From the NCBI GenBank assembly GCA_951406725.2, contig OX597818.1:85808001-85872000 (forward strand): a DNA stretch of 64,000 nucleotides, read 5' to 3'. The stretch's first letter is position 1. Every line of letters starts with the position of its first letter. Positions 50,152 through 61,466 of the stretch are shown here, one piece after another. This DNA is from Octopus vulgaris (taxonomy: Eukaryota). Both the position numbers and the translations under genes were made by a program. The notes beneath the pieces are model-generated. The model had not been told where the DNA came from, searched no databases, and saw only the letters and a list, made by a program, of their open reading frames with translations.

Positions 50152-50740
50152 CATCATCATCATCATCATCATCATCATCACCGTCATAATTGTCATCACT
50201 GCCACCGTCGTCATCACCATCATTATTACAGCCACCACCTTCATCATTACTACCACCACCACCATCATCATCACCGCTACCACCACCGTCGTCGTCGTCG
50301 TCATCATCATCATCATCATAACCATCTCCACCATTGTAGTCATCACCACTAACCAGCACCACCACCGCCATCATCATCACCGCCACCACCACCATCGTCA
50401 TCATCCTCACTACCATCATCATCACCATTATCATCATCTCTATTATCATCACCATCAACACCACCACCACCACTGCCATCATCATCACCACCACCGCCAT
50501 TGTCATCAACACCACCACTACCACCACCATCATCATCACTACCATCATCATCACCTTTATCATCATCTCTATTATCATCACCATCACCAGCACTACCATC
50601 ATCCTCAGCAATGACAACAACAAACATGACACTACAGTAACAACAATAGCAACAACGATGACAGCAAAGCACGACCACCACTACCACTGCCACAACTACA
50701 GCAACAGCAAACATGTCACAATTGCAACGATATCAACAAC
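50152..50740. repeat. Compound (CAT/CAC/CAA)n triplet tract
   Basis: Visible directly; it is the source of the poly-H/M/D artefact ORFs. Confidence 0.95.
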
Positions 50741-50742
50741 AA

Positions 50743-50909
50743 GGCGTAGGAGTGACTGTGTGGTAAGTAGCTTGTTTACCAGCCACATGGTTCCGGGTTC
50801 AGTCCCACTGTGTGGCACCTTGGGCAAGTGTTTTCTACTATAGCCTCGGGCCGACCAAAGCCTTGTGAATGGATTTGGTAAACGGAAACTGAAAGAAGCT
50901 CGTCGTATA

Positions 50910-50960
<51 letters not shown>

Positions 50961-51086
50961 TTGTCCCCCAACATCGCTTGACAACCGATGCTGGTGTGTT
51001 TACGTCCCCGTAACTTAGCGGTTCGGCAAAAGAGACCGATAGAATAAGTACGAGGCTTACAAAGAATAAGTCCTGGGGTCGATTTG
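50743..51086 (+). mobile_element. SINE-A, 3'-truncated at the mariner junction
   Basis: Follows the family consensus up to GGGGTCGATTTGC, then switches to transposase sequence. Confidence 0.88.
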
Positions 51087-51646
51087 CGCGTGAAATAAAA
51101 TCTTCATCCGCGTAAAATGATTTTGTGCGTATGTTGGAACTGGGAAGGAATTATCCATTACGAATTGCTTGAACGGAACCAAACGGTCAATGTGGAACTC
51201 TACGTTCAACAGATGGAACGACTCAGCACGGCTATTCAAGAGAAACGACCTGATCGCCAGCATGGAGTTCTGCTGCACGACAACGTCCGCCCTCATATCG
51301 CCAATATGACCAAGGAAGCCATTCAAACGCATGGCTGGGAAGTACTGCTACACCCTCAGTACTCTCCCGATTTGGCACCAACGGATTTCCACCTCTTTTG
51401 ATCTCTTTCAAATGCTAAGCGCGGAGTTTCGTTCAATACTGATGCAGAATTGAGAGCTTGGTTAGATCAATTTTCGAGTCGAAATCGGGTGATTTCTACC
51501 AACGTGGTATTGAAAATCGTGTTGAACGTTGGGAAGAAGTTGTAAACAACAAGTGTGAATACGTTATTGATTAAATAGTTATTTTTTTTATTAAACCTTT
51601 TAAAAATAAAATAAAAAAACGAACGGGAACTTAGTTTCCAACCTAA
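51087..51646 (+). mobile_element. Mariner (DD34D-type) transposon 3' half, inactivated
   Basis: HPRKMILCVCWNWEGIIHYELL...LLHDNVRPH...HPQYSPDLAPTDFHLF*SLSNA (CGA>TGA). Right TIR GAACTTAGTTTCCAACCTAA followed by TA. Confidence 0.92.
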
Positions 51647-52282
51647 TATATGTCTCTATGAGTTAGAAGTTAAGAAACCATCTAAGGGATATTAAATATA
51701 CAATAGACAACAGGATATGTACCTACGTACTTTTTAACCAAAAGCTTATAATTGCATGACAATATTGCAGTTCAATACTAGGTATGGGTGGGGGTAAATT
51801 TCCAATTTACCCCGGATTTATAAGGCGCCTTATATATATTGGAATAATGTTAATATAAGAGTTTCCAAATCGATCAGGTACATCCCTTTAGCAAAACATG
51901 CATTTTAATATGGAAAATGTATACCGTGTATTCCACATCAGCATATCGTGCAGTGGGGTCATGATTATAATATATTTATACATTTTTATATACAAATAGA
52001 CAAAATATATAATAGAAAATTAACAAAAGTTCAGTTATTGAGATTTCAATCAATAGATTTGTGGGTATTCCATTTCAGATAATGCAAAAAGAACATGACG
52101 AGTATTTACGATGGAAAACTTGTATCTATATGCACCCCAGCATGGCCACAGCTCGTGAGCTGAAACTAGGTAAAATAAAAAAAAAATCAAGAAATAATAC
52201 TTGAGGATAAAACCAGTACAATAGCAGGGTATAAAATATAGTACCTTAATTAGCCCTTACTTGAGTTAAAATTATAATTAGA

Positions 52283-52372
52283 AAGGAATTACACGTGTTT
52301 CTGTATTTGAAGATCAGAATATATGTAATCATCAGACTTATAATTCTACCAACACATCTTCAGGTTCAATTT
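52283..52372 (-). ncRNA. Type I hammerhead-ribozyme-like motif (probable Penelope-like element end)
   Basis: Minus strand: GAAC-CUGAAGA-UGUGUU...AAUACA-GAAA-CACGUG-UA-AUUC. Palindromic stem III ACACGUGU; stem I has a C-A mismatch next to the core. Confidence 0.6.
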
Positions 52373-52760
52373 TTCAAAATAATGTTCATATATTTTAAAT
52401 AATCATAATAATTAAGTGTTAAATTGATATTAAAGATTAAAAATAAACATTACAGAATTAAGAAATAAAAATTATAAATTTTAAATACATATATCAAACT
52501 TAGAATGTCAAATATAAGATATAAAATTATAAATCAGAATGAAGAGGTCTGTAATTAAATAAAAAAATAAAGATACATATCCATTTGTGATAGGACCAAT
52601 ATATCGTTCAAAATGGCGATTAGAGGAAGTGAATATAGCAGAGAACTATGGGAATTCATAGGTGATTAGTTCTAAGGGGTTTAGAACTAATCACCTATAT
52701 TTATATATATTCATATATATATATATGTACATATATATATACATATATGTATATGTACAT

Positions 52761-52793
<33 letters not shown>

Positions 52794-53559
52794 CAAATAT
52801 ATCTGTAAATGTAATATGTGACAATTATTCTGTAGACATGATAAAACTCCGAGTATCGGATGCCGAGGTGGAAATCCACGCCGCCAACTCTTCATCGGAA
52901 AAATGCTATGAAAAATGACCGTTATACAAAGGGAAATTACTGTGTAATTGACCGTTATTAAGACAAAAGAGCTATTCGAATGACCGTTAAGTAAGGGGAG
53001 GGAGTAAAGTAAGAGGGTAAAAAGTTCATAGTATTCGCGTAAGCGCGCCTGTTCATACCTACTCATGTGCGCCCGAACACCCACATGCGTGCGCCTAAAA
53101 GTATACATTCACCCACCCTTACTTGAAAAAGTACACATCCTCAGTGAGGGTGGATGAATGTATACATAAAAAGATTAAGAAAGCATAACGATGCACAAAC
53201 CTACTTCGTTTGTTGGCCAAATGCGATGCCAGTGACTGCTCAGTGCACAAACCCATGAAGAGCAATCACTGCTGCTACATGTGACCAACAGGAAGAAACA
53301 ACAACAGTGTGCAAAAAATGCATTATATCTACTATGTCACTGTTATGTGACATTATGTCAGTTAGCTGGACCCTAATCATTATTCACCCATGTTCCCCAC
53401 CTGCCATCCATACCTCTGTCCATTTTCTTTGACCATCCATACATGCATTTGTCTATCCATGCATACGCCATCCAAACAGCTGTCCATTTTCTATTTCTGG
53501 GAGGATCGTTGACGTAGAGTCCTAATGGACTTGTCGTTGAGGTAGAGTCCATAGGGACC

Positions 53560-53915
53560 TGTCAGAAGCTACTGCCATTAAACTCTCCGGCTGGATTACC
53601 AAGCTTGACCAATTGGGACTATTGATGATATATTATCCATCCATCTTGGTCTTGGTCTATCTCTAGGTCTCCTGTCACTTGACGTGGCTTGAAGAATCCG
53701 CCTTGCGATTCTTTCTTGCAACATTCTAGTCACATGTCCGTGATACCAGAGCCGTGACTTTTCAATGCTGACAAGCAGCTGTTCAACATGGAGACACTTT
53801 CCGAGCTACGCACCCAGTCGACTAATGCTATTCCAGAAATCCTATAGAGGCACCCCATTTCGGCTGCTTGCATTCGCGATCGTACTCTTTTCCAATGTTT
53901 GTGACTATGGGTCAC
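53560..53915 (-). mobile_element. RTE-type LINE C-terminal fragment (homologous copy at about 62570-63160)
   Basis: Minus frames read RSRMQAAEMGCLYRISG and IEKSRLWYHGHVTRMLQERIARRILQA..RRPRDRPRPRWMDNI. Confidence 0.8.
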
Positions 53916-54308
53916 GCATCCACATATTCACAATAAACTACAGAAAAGTAAACGAAACTGTGCAATAGTTGTTATAACAAGTTTTATACAGACCACGCCC
54001 ATAACCAACTATATAATGAAACAAAAACAAAACACCTTATTCGATGGCCTACAAGACGTGTGGTGTGTCAACATGTATGTGAGCGCACCCATCTTTATTT
54101 TTTCCCTCTCGTTAAATTTCAATATAATCATAACCTACACCATCTGAGGAGTGTAGAAAAATTCAGTAAAAAAAGAAAATTGCCCATTTTCTGAAAGTTA
54201 TGAGCAAACGAAGCCGACTCAAGTGGATAAACAATCTCCTTCCTCCACCACCGCCCGAAAATATTTCTTTCACAACAAATTCCAATATAGTTGGAATCTA
54301 CACCATCT

Positions 54309-54655
54309 TATTTCTTTATTGCCCACAAGGGGCTAAACATAGAAGGGACAAACAAGGACAGACAAAGGGATTAAGTCGATTACATCGACCCCAGTGCGTA
54401 ACTGGGGTCGATGTAACATCCGAAAGGATGAAAAGCAAAGTCGACCTCGGCGGAATTTGAACTCAGAACTTAGCGGCAGACGAAATACCGGTAAGCATTT
54501 CGCCCGGCGTGCTAACGTTTCTGCCAGCTCGCCGCCTTTCCCAGCTCGCTGCCTTTCCCAGCTCGTCGCCTTTCCCAGCTCGTCGCCTTTCCCAGCTCGT
54601 CGCCTTTCCCAGCTCGCCGCCTTTCCCAGCTCGCCGCCTTTCCCAGCTCGCCGCC
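54309..54655 (-). mobile_element. Young SINE-B (tail variant 2) with 17-bp head amplification and TSD
   Basis: TSD CTACACCATCT at 54298-54308 and 54655-54665. (CCAGCTCGCCGCCTTTC) occurs 7 times plus a partial unit at 54524-54655. Confidence 0.9.
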
Positions 54656-56105
54656 TACACCATCTGAAAGGTATATCTAGAACATTTCATCAAAGAGTAC
54701 CAATTCTTCTGAAAGTCAGGAGGAAACAAATTCAATGATGGCGCACTTGTGCAGGTATGCCGCCATCATAATTTATAAACCTGATCTAGTAAATTCCATA
54801 TGTATTTTCCTTTTTCAAACTGAAGTTTTTATTCTCTCATCAACGCTTCTGTATTTCTTTTCGCTTTCACCTAATCTAAGTTTCAGTATTTCTATTTCGT
54901 TTTTCATTTTATCTAGCAACAGTTTTTGTTGTTTTTTAAAACTCTGGTTTTCAGTTACAATTTTAAGCAATAATTTTGATAAGATTATTAGAATCGAGAT
55001 AATCTAACGCTCTTTAATCCACATTTTTTTCAGCATATAACCAAAAAGTGAAAATTCAAAAGCTAAAGTTTTAATTCCATATGTAACATATTCGGTTTTT
55101 ATAAGAAGTTCTGATAATATATTTTCAGGTGCTTTTGCAAGGAAGCACTTGGTGGAAGCAGTATTAGCCTGTATATCTTACTTTACGTAGACATATTACA
55201 ATACTAGAAAATCGTCTTAAGAATGCTTCTCGTATACAACGCATAGCGTTAAAAAGTACCAAAGAGTATCAGTAGCATACAAGAAGCGTCCAGCAGCAGA
55301 TTTCTGCATCTTTGCACATTATCAGTTGTAAGTATTCATTTTGCACACCAGTAGTAGCAAGTATTCATTATTAATCACATGTATAGACAAGTTTCGTCTC
55401 TACTTTTAAAGAAAAACAGTGATTCACAAATCACTGGTGTTGCAAATAGCCGGCAGGCCAGGTAAAAAATGCATTATCAGTAACGGAAGCAGTATTAGTT
55501 CAAGAATAATATTCTAGATATCTTACTTCATGTGAATATACTGTAGAAAGCCATAATAGTACTGAATTCCTCTTGAGAAAGCGTTTCGTAAGACTATTGT
55601 GCTATAACTTAAAGAGAAAAAAACATGTCACTGAAACCGCCGTCTCTTTTTAAATGAAAATAGTTTACTGACAGTGGTCTTACCGTATGGAATTGAACCA
55701 TCAATGTTTTGGATTGAGTACAGGCGCGGGAGTTAGTGTGTTGCACAGTCATGGGTATGTAGTAAGAAGTTTGCTTTCCAACCACATGGTTTCGGGTTCA
55801 GTTTTACAGCCTAACACCATGAGCAAGTGTCTACTATAGCTTCGCGCCAACAAAGGCTTTCAGTGGATTTGGTTGCTGGAAACTGAAAGAAGCCCGCCGT
55901 ATATGTGTGTGTGTTTTTCTATGTTTGTGGTCCTACACCATTACCTGACAACCGGTATCGGTGTGCTTACGTCCCCGTCAATTAGAGGTTCGGCAAAAAG
56001 ACACCAATACAATAAGTATCAGGCTTAGAACAAAAGTTCTGAGGTCAATCTGTACAACTCAACCTTTTAGGCGGTGACCCAGCATGACCCCAGTTCAATA
56101 ACTGA

Positions 56106-56178
<73 letters not shown>

Positions 56179-56263
56179 GACATTTACAGAAAAACAAAAG
56201 ACGTAGACATGTGTACAAACAACAAACAGATGTATTAGTTTAACGCTCAGGAAGTGAGAAAGT

Positions 56264-56299
56264 CTTTTACGTTTCAAGCCTACGCTCTTCAACAGAAAG
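56264..56299 (-). ncRNA. Minimal hammerhead-like motif (A6>U variant) in a ~140-bp TA-flanked insert (56176-56315)
   Basis: CUUU-CUGUUGA-A-GAGC-GUAG-GCUU-GAAA-CG-UA-AAAG. Confidence 0.45.
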
Positions 56300-56313
56300 G
56301 AACACAGAGAGAA

Positions 56314-56361
<48 letters not shown>

Positions 56362-56363
56362 AA

Positions 56364-56396
<33 letters not shown>

Positions 56397-56828
56397 TTGA
56401 GATTCTGTAGTCGATCTGTTCACAAAAAGAAAAATTATCGATAAAAATGAGCTAGCCCAAATAATGCACTATTCAAACCATTTACCATAATAAAATGCAA
56501 GAATAGGTTCTTGCCAGGAGAGTGCCTCTCCTTTTAGCAAGATGCAACAGCAACCATTATTTCCTAGTACATTTTATAGACACTGGAACGACGCCGTAGA
56601 TATAGAAGCAGAGAAACTCCTGAGATATTCTCGAAGACATTTGCAAGTCAAAGCAAAACAGAATAGGTTACGTACTGAGAAAGGCAAACATAAATGGATG
56701 AAGGTCGAAACTTCCAGGACAACCAATTGGGAAGAAACTGCAAACGAAGCATTGGTCAGTAATGGAGTTGGTGGCGAGACAATCTTGGCGGTGGCGAGAA
56801 ACACGGGTTGATATTTTGAGCCAAGGAT

Positions 56829-56887
<59 letters not shown>

Positions 56888-56907
56888 ACATACACAAATC
56901 TCTTTCT

Positions 56908-56942
<35 letters not shown>

Positions 56943-57249
56943 GACACACTCTCCCTCTCTTTTTCCAAATTTCTGTTCCCTGCAATATTGTAAACCAAGT
57001 CATCTTTGGAGAAGAGGTTGTTAACCTTTTGCATTGTCGTAGCGTATGAGGTGGGAGAACTGCAAGGGGTGGCCCCATTTTTTTTCTGTTATATACGTAT
57101 TTGCTGAAGTGGAAGAAATGTTACGCTTAAAGAAGAGGATGGCCAATTTGGCCTTCCTCTTCTTTATGTCTCGCAGCTGGCGTTATGTCCAAATCATCTT
57201 CATCTCTCAAGAAGGGGATGCTTTGAGTACCGACGACACTTCACATAAC

Positions 57250-57633
57250 AGGGAGAGAAAGGAAAGGAGAGAGAGAGATTGAGAGAGTGGGAGAGCGAGC
57301 GAGTGGGAGAGTGAGAGAGAGAGTTGGAGATAGTAGGAGACAGAGAAAGAGAGACAGTCGGAGAGAAAGACGATAGGAGAGAATGACAGTAGGAAGTGGG
57401 GAGAGAAAGTCAGAGCGGAAGGGAGTGAAAGAAACAGAGATAAACAAAGAGAATAGAGAGAGTGGGGAGAGACAGTGAGAAAGAGAGAAATTAGAAAGCG
57501 AAAGAGAGAGAATAGAGGAAGAGAAAATACAGAGACAGATAAACTAGAAAGAGAAGGAGAGTGAGATACAGAAAGAAGGAGTGAGACAAGAGAGAGGATG
57601 AGATATGGTGGGAGAGAGAGAGAGAGATAGATA

Positions 57634-57672
<39 letters not shown>

Positions 57673-57690
57673 TGTGTGTGTGTGTGTGTA

Positions 57691-57728
<38 letters not shown>

Positions 57729-57730
57729 GA
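57250..57730. repeat. GA-rich low-complexity tract with (GA)n, (GATA)n and (GT)n; similar tract at 39810-40095
   Basis: Visible directly. Confidence 0.9.
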
Positions 57731-57885
57731 AGGATTAGTATTTAGATAACAGAGATCCTGAATGAATACTATAAAATGCTCCGTCCCACGCGCTAACGGC
57801 TCTGTTAATTTGCCATCAGTCAAGTATATCACTTCAAGTGGAATATTTGTTCAAGTAATTTACTTCGCTAATCGACTGTTTACGC

Positions 57886-58151
57886 CAGTGGTTCTCAATC
57901 GGGGTGCATATAAGAGTTTTGGCGGTCCACGTATAAAATAGTAAATTGGGAATTCACAATAGTATTTTAAGGGCACCGGAAAAAATTTTGCATAGTTCCA
58001 CCTATACAAGTTAATGTGTAAAAAACAAAATAGGAAATTGAAGGAAGTTTCTATAAAACAAATTTGTAAATATCGAATGGTTATGGAGGTCCACAGAATA
58101 AAATAGTAATCCAAGGGGTCCATATGTTAAAAAAATGGATGAGAATCCCTG
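57886..58151. mobile_element. hAT-like MITE (partial copies at about 35173-35310 and 24430)
   Basis: TIR CAGTGGTTCTCAA / ATGAGAATCCCTG. The flanks GTTTACGC / GTTACGAC resemble a decayed 8-bp TSD. Confidence 0.7.
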
Positions 58152-58611
58152 GTTACGACCTTCACCGAAATTTTCGGCTTTGTGTCTAATATAAAAGTAT
58201 ATATAAAATATATAATATAAATAATACCATTTTGGTCAAGGGAGTGAACTCTTATTAATTGATTAAAGTTATGTCCCTTGAATTTTTAAAACTTTTTTTT
58301 TCTATGACTTTTTTCCTTACAGTTTAGTTCTTTCAGTTATTGGAGGAAGATCATGCTGGAGCACCGCATCGAAGCGTTTAGTCAAACAAATCGACGCAAG
58401 TACTTATCTTCAAAGTCTGGTACTTATCTACCGGTCTCTTTTTGCCAACTCGTTAGGTTCGCACTGGATGCCAAGCGGTGGTGGGGAACAAACACACACA
58501 CACACAAACACAAATATATACTCACACAGTCACACATACACACACACACGCACGCACATACACACACATACACGCACTCACACACACTCACACATACACA
58601 TGCATGTATAC

Positions 58612-58816
58612 TTTTATTCGTTTACTGGTTTCAGTTGACTGTGGCCATACTGGAGCACCGCTTTTAGTCGAACGAATCGACCCCAGGACTTATTCTTTGT
58701 AAGGCTAGTACTTATTCTATTAGTCAATTTGACCGAACCGCTAAGTTACGGGGACGTAAACAAACCAGCATCGGTTGTCAAGCGATGGTGAGGGACAAAC
58801 ACAAACACACATACAT

Positions 58817-58904
<88 letters not shown>

Positions 58905-59324
58905 CGACCAGCTTCTTTCAGTTTCCGTCTACCAAATCCACTCACAAGGTCTTGGTCAGCCTTAGGCTATAGTAGAAGACACTTGCCGAAGGTGCCACGC
59001 AGTAGGACTGAACCCGGAACTATGCGATTTGGAAGGAAACTTATCACACAGCTACGCTAAATTAACTTCATTGCTCTCTTTCTCTTTCCCCCTCTCTCTC
59101 TTTCCCTCTCATTCCCTTCCTCTATCTTTCTCTCCCGTTGCGTCACGATTTTCTATTATTAAAAAAAGTGGCTGTGTGGTAAGTAGCTTGTTTACCAACT
59201 ACATGGTTTCGGGTTCAGTCCCACTGCGTGGCACCTTGGGAAAGTGTCTTCTACTAAAGCCTCGGGCCGACCAAAGCCTTGTGAGTGGATTTGGCAGACG
59301 GAAACAGAAAAGAAGCCCGTCGTA

Positions 59325-59378
<54 letters not shown>

Positions 59379-59612
59379 TATATGCGTGTGTGTGTTTGTG
59401 TGTCTGTGTTTGTCCCCCTAGCATTGCTTGATAACCGATGCTGGTGTGTTTATGTCCCCGTTACTTTGCGGTTCGGCAAAAGAGACCGATAGAATAAGTA
59501 CTGAGCTTACAAAAAGAATAAGTCCCGGGGTCGAGTTGCTCGATTAAAGGCGGTGCTTCAGCATGGTCGCAGTCAAATGACTGAAACAAGTAAAAGAGTA
59601 AAGAGTAAAGAG
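58612..59612. mobile_element. Head-to-head pair of SINE-A copies (58612-59058 minus; 59167-59612 plus)
   Basis: Both follow the family consensus and are separated by about 110 bp. Confidence 0.88.
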
Positions 59613-59908
59613 AAATGCCCGATGCTATGTACAGTTACTTTAAATGTAAACCAGCGCAGAAAAAAGGAGCTGAATTTAAAATAAGACTAAAATATGAATG
59701 AAAAACAGAGATCTCATTTTTTTGTTTTTACCTCTTTCAGCAACTGGTGTGCTGTCATGCTGGGGCAGTGCCTTCAAGTCGAACGAATAGGTCCCAGTGC
59801 TTTTTTTTTTTAAGCCTGGTACTTTTACTATCGGTTTTCTTCTGCCGAATTGTTAAGATATGGAACATAAACAAACCGACACCTGTTGTGAAGCAGTGAC
59901 ATGTGTGA

Positions 59909-59941
<33 letters not shown>

Positions 59942-60211
59942 GCGGGGACAGGGGGCAGAAACGGGTGCCCGCGCACAACTAAATTCACTCACGAAACATT
60001 GGTCAGTCTGAGGCTATGATAGAATACAGCTGCTGATGGGGTTGTGTAGTGAGACGATGAGACAACCCCAGTTGTCTCGACACAAACCCTTGTTTATTGT
60101 CACCCAATCCGTGGACACGATTCGATCATGTGATGTTGATTATTTAAGCTTACGTCGATTCATCCGGAGTAAAAACACATTATGAACTCTACCAAGTGAC
60201 GTAAATATATA

Positions 60212-60789
60212 AACCTTTCTGCTATAGGCACAAGGCAAGGATTTTGTTGGGAAGGGGACAGTCAATCACATCGATCCCAGTACTCAACTGGTAATAAATT
60301 TATCGACCCCGAAAGGATGAAAGGCCAAGTCGACCCCGGGGGAATTTGAACTCAGAACGTAGCGGCAGACGAAATTTCTTTACTACCCACAAGGGGCTAA
60401 ACACAGAGGAGACAAACAAGGACAGACAGACGGATTAAGTCTACTATATCGACCCCAGTGCGTAACTGGTACTTAATTTATCGAACCCGAAAGGATGAAA
60501 GGCAAAGTCGACCTCGGCGGAATTTGAACTCAGAAGGTAACAGCAGACGAAATACCTATTTCTTTATTACCCACAAGGGGCTAAACATAGAGGGGACAAA
60601 CAAGGACAGACATAGGTATTAAGTCGATTACATCGACCCCAGTGCGTAACTCGTACTTAATTTATCGACCCCGAAAGGATGAAAGGCAAAGTCGACCTTA
60701 GCGGAATTTGAACTCAGAACGTAGCGGCAGACGAAATACTGCTAAGCATTTCGCCCGGCGTACTAATGTTTCTGCCAGCTCACCGCCTT
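60212..60789 (-). mobile_element. SINE-B trimer (one head, three bodies)
   Basis: The body ATCGACCCCAGT...GAAAGGATGAAAGGC.AAGTCGACC...GCAGACGAAAT occurs three times; the head is present only at 60740-60789. Confidence 0.88.
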
Positions 60790-61048
60790 GGATGACGTAG
60801 ATATACATCGACTCATTGTTGTGGATGGACTCTCGCCTTAGCACACTTGCTGTGGTACAGGCGACAGTTAATTTCTGCCTCGTGGGAAAATTGAAGTTAC
60901 AATTCGCCACTTTGCACATGAGTGTTGCAAAATTTAGTTCGTTTGTTAATAGTTATATCCGAGTACAATATTATTCTTACGTTATAACTGACTAAACCTG
61001 GAATCACGTTATAATAAAGCGAACATCTTAACCATACAGCGTTAATTA

Positions 61049-61466
61049 TAGTAACACCTCGCCATATCGCGATTCACCTATCGCGGTTTATTATTTAAGC
61101 TTACGTAGATTCCTTTGTGATGTTGTTTTCCATTTATAATTAAATAAATATATACAAATTATAGAAATAAAAAAAAGTACAGTGAAAGTTCGTGCCGATT
61201 TATAGTAGTTTACCTTTCGACTTACCCTCCTAGGCACCTCAATTCTGGGAAGAGGGTATTTTCAAGTTAAAAGAAAGGTGGAGACGCATTGTGCAACAAA
61301 ATGGTTCAAATTTGGTTGATTAAAAATGTAATGGTAAGTATTTATTGACCTTTTTATTTCCCTTAAAAATCAGCACGAACTTTCTGGACAACCCAATACT
61401 TCGCAGATTTTCACCTATTGCGTGAGGTTTTGGAATGTAACATCCGCGAAAGTCGAGGGATTACTG
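61049..61466 (-). mobile_element. Tigger-like element containing a mariner deletion derivative (61184-61396)
   Basis: Outer ends TA|TAGTAACACCTCG ... CGAGGGATTACTG|TA. Inner inverted ends GAAAGTTCGTGCCGATTT / AAATCAGCACGAACTTTC. The inner piece reads GIFKLKERWRRIVQQNG, a mariner C-terminus. Confidence 0.78.

Noticed and set aside
48729-50714. Long ORFs of 120-200 aa (poly-V/T/H/P/D)
   Set aside because: They are translations of triplet microsatellites, open in several frames on both strands, with no splice or domain support.
56542-56811. 89-aa plus-strand ORF in unique-looking sequence
   Set aside because: No recognisable motif or clear splice signals; cannot be supported from sequence alone.
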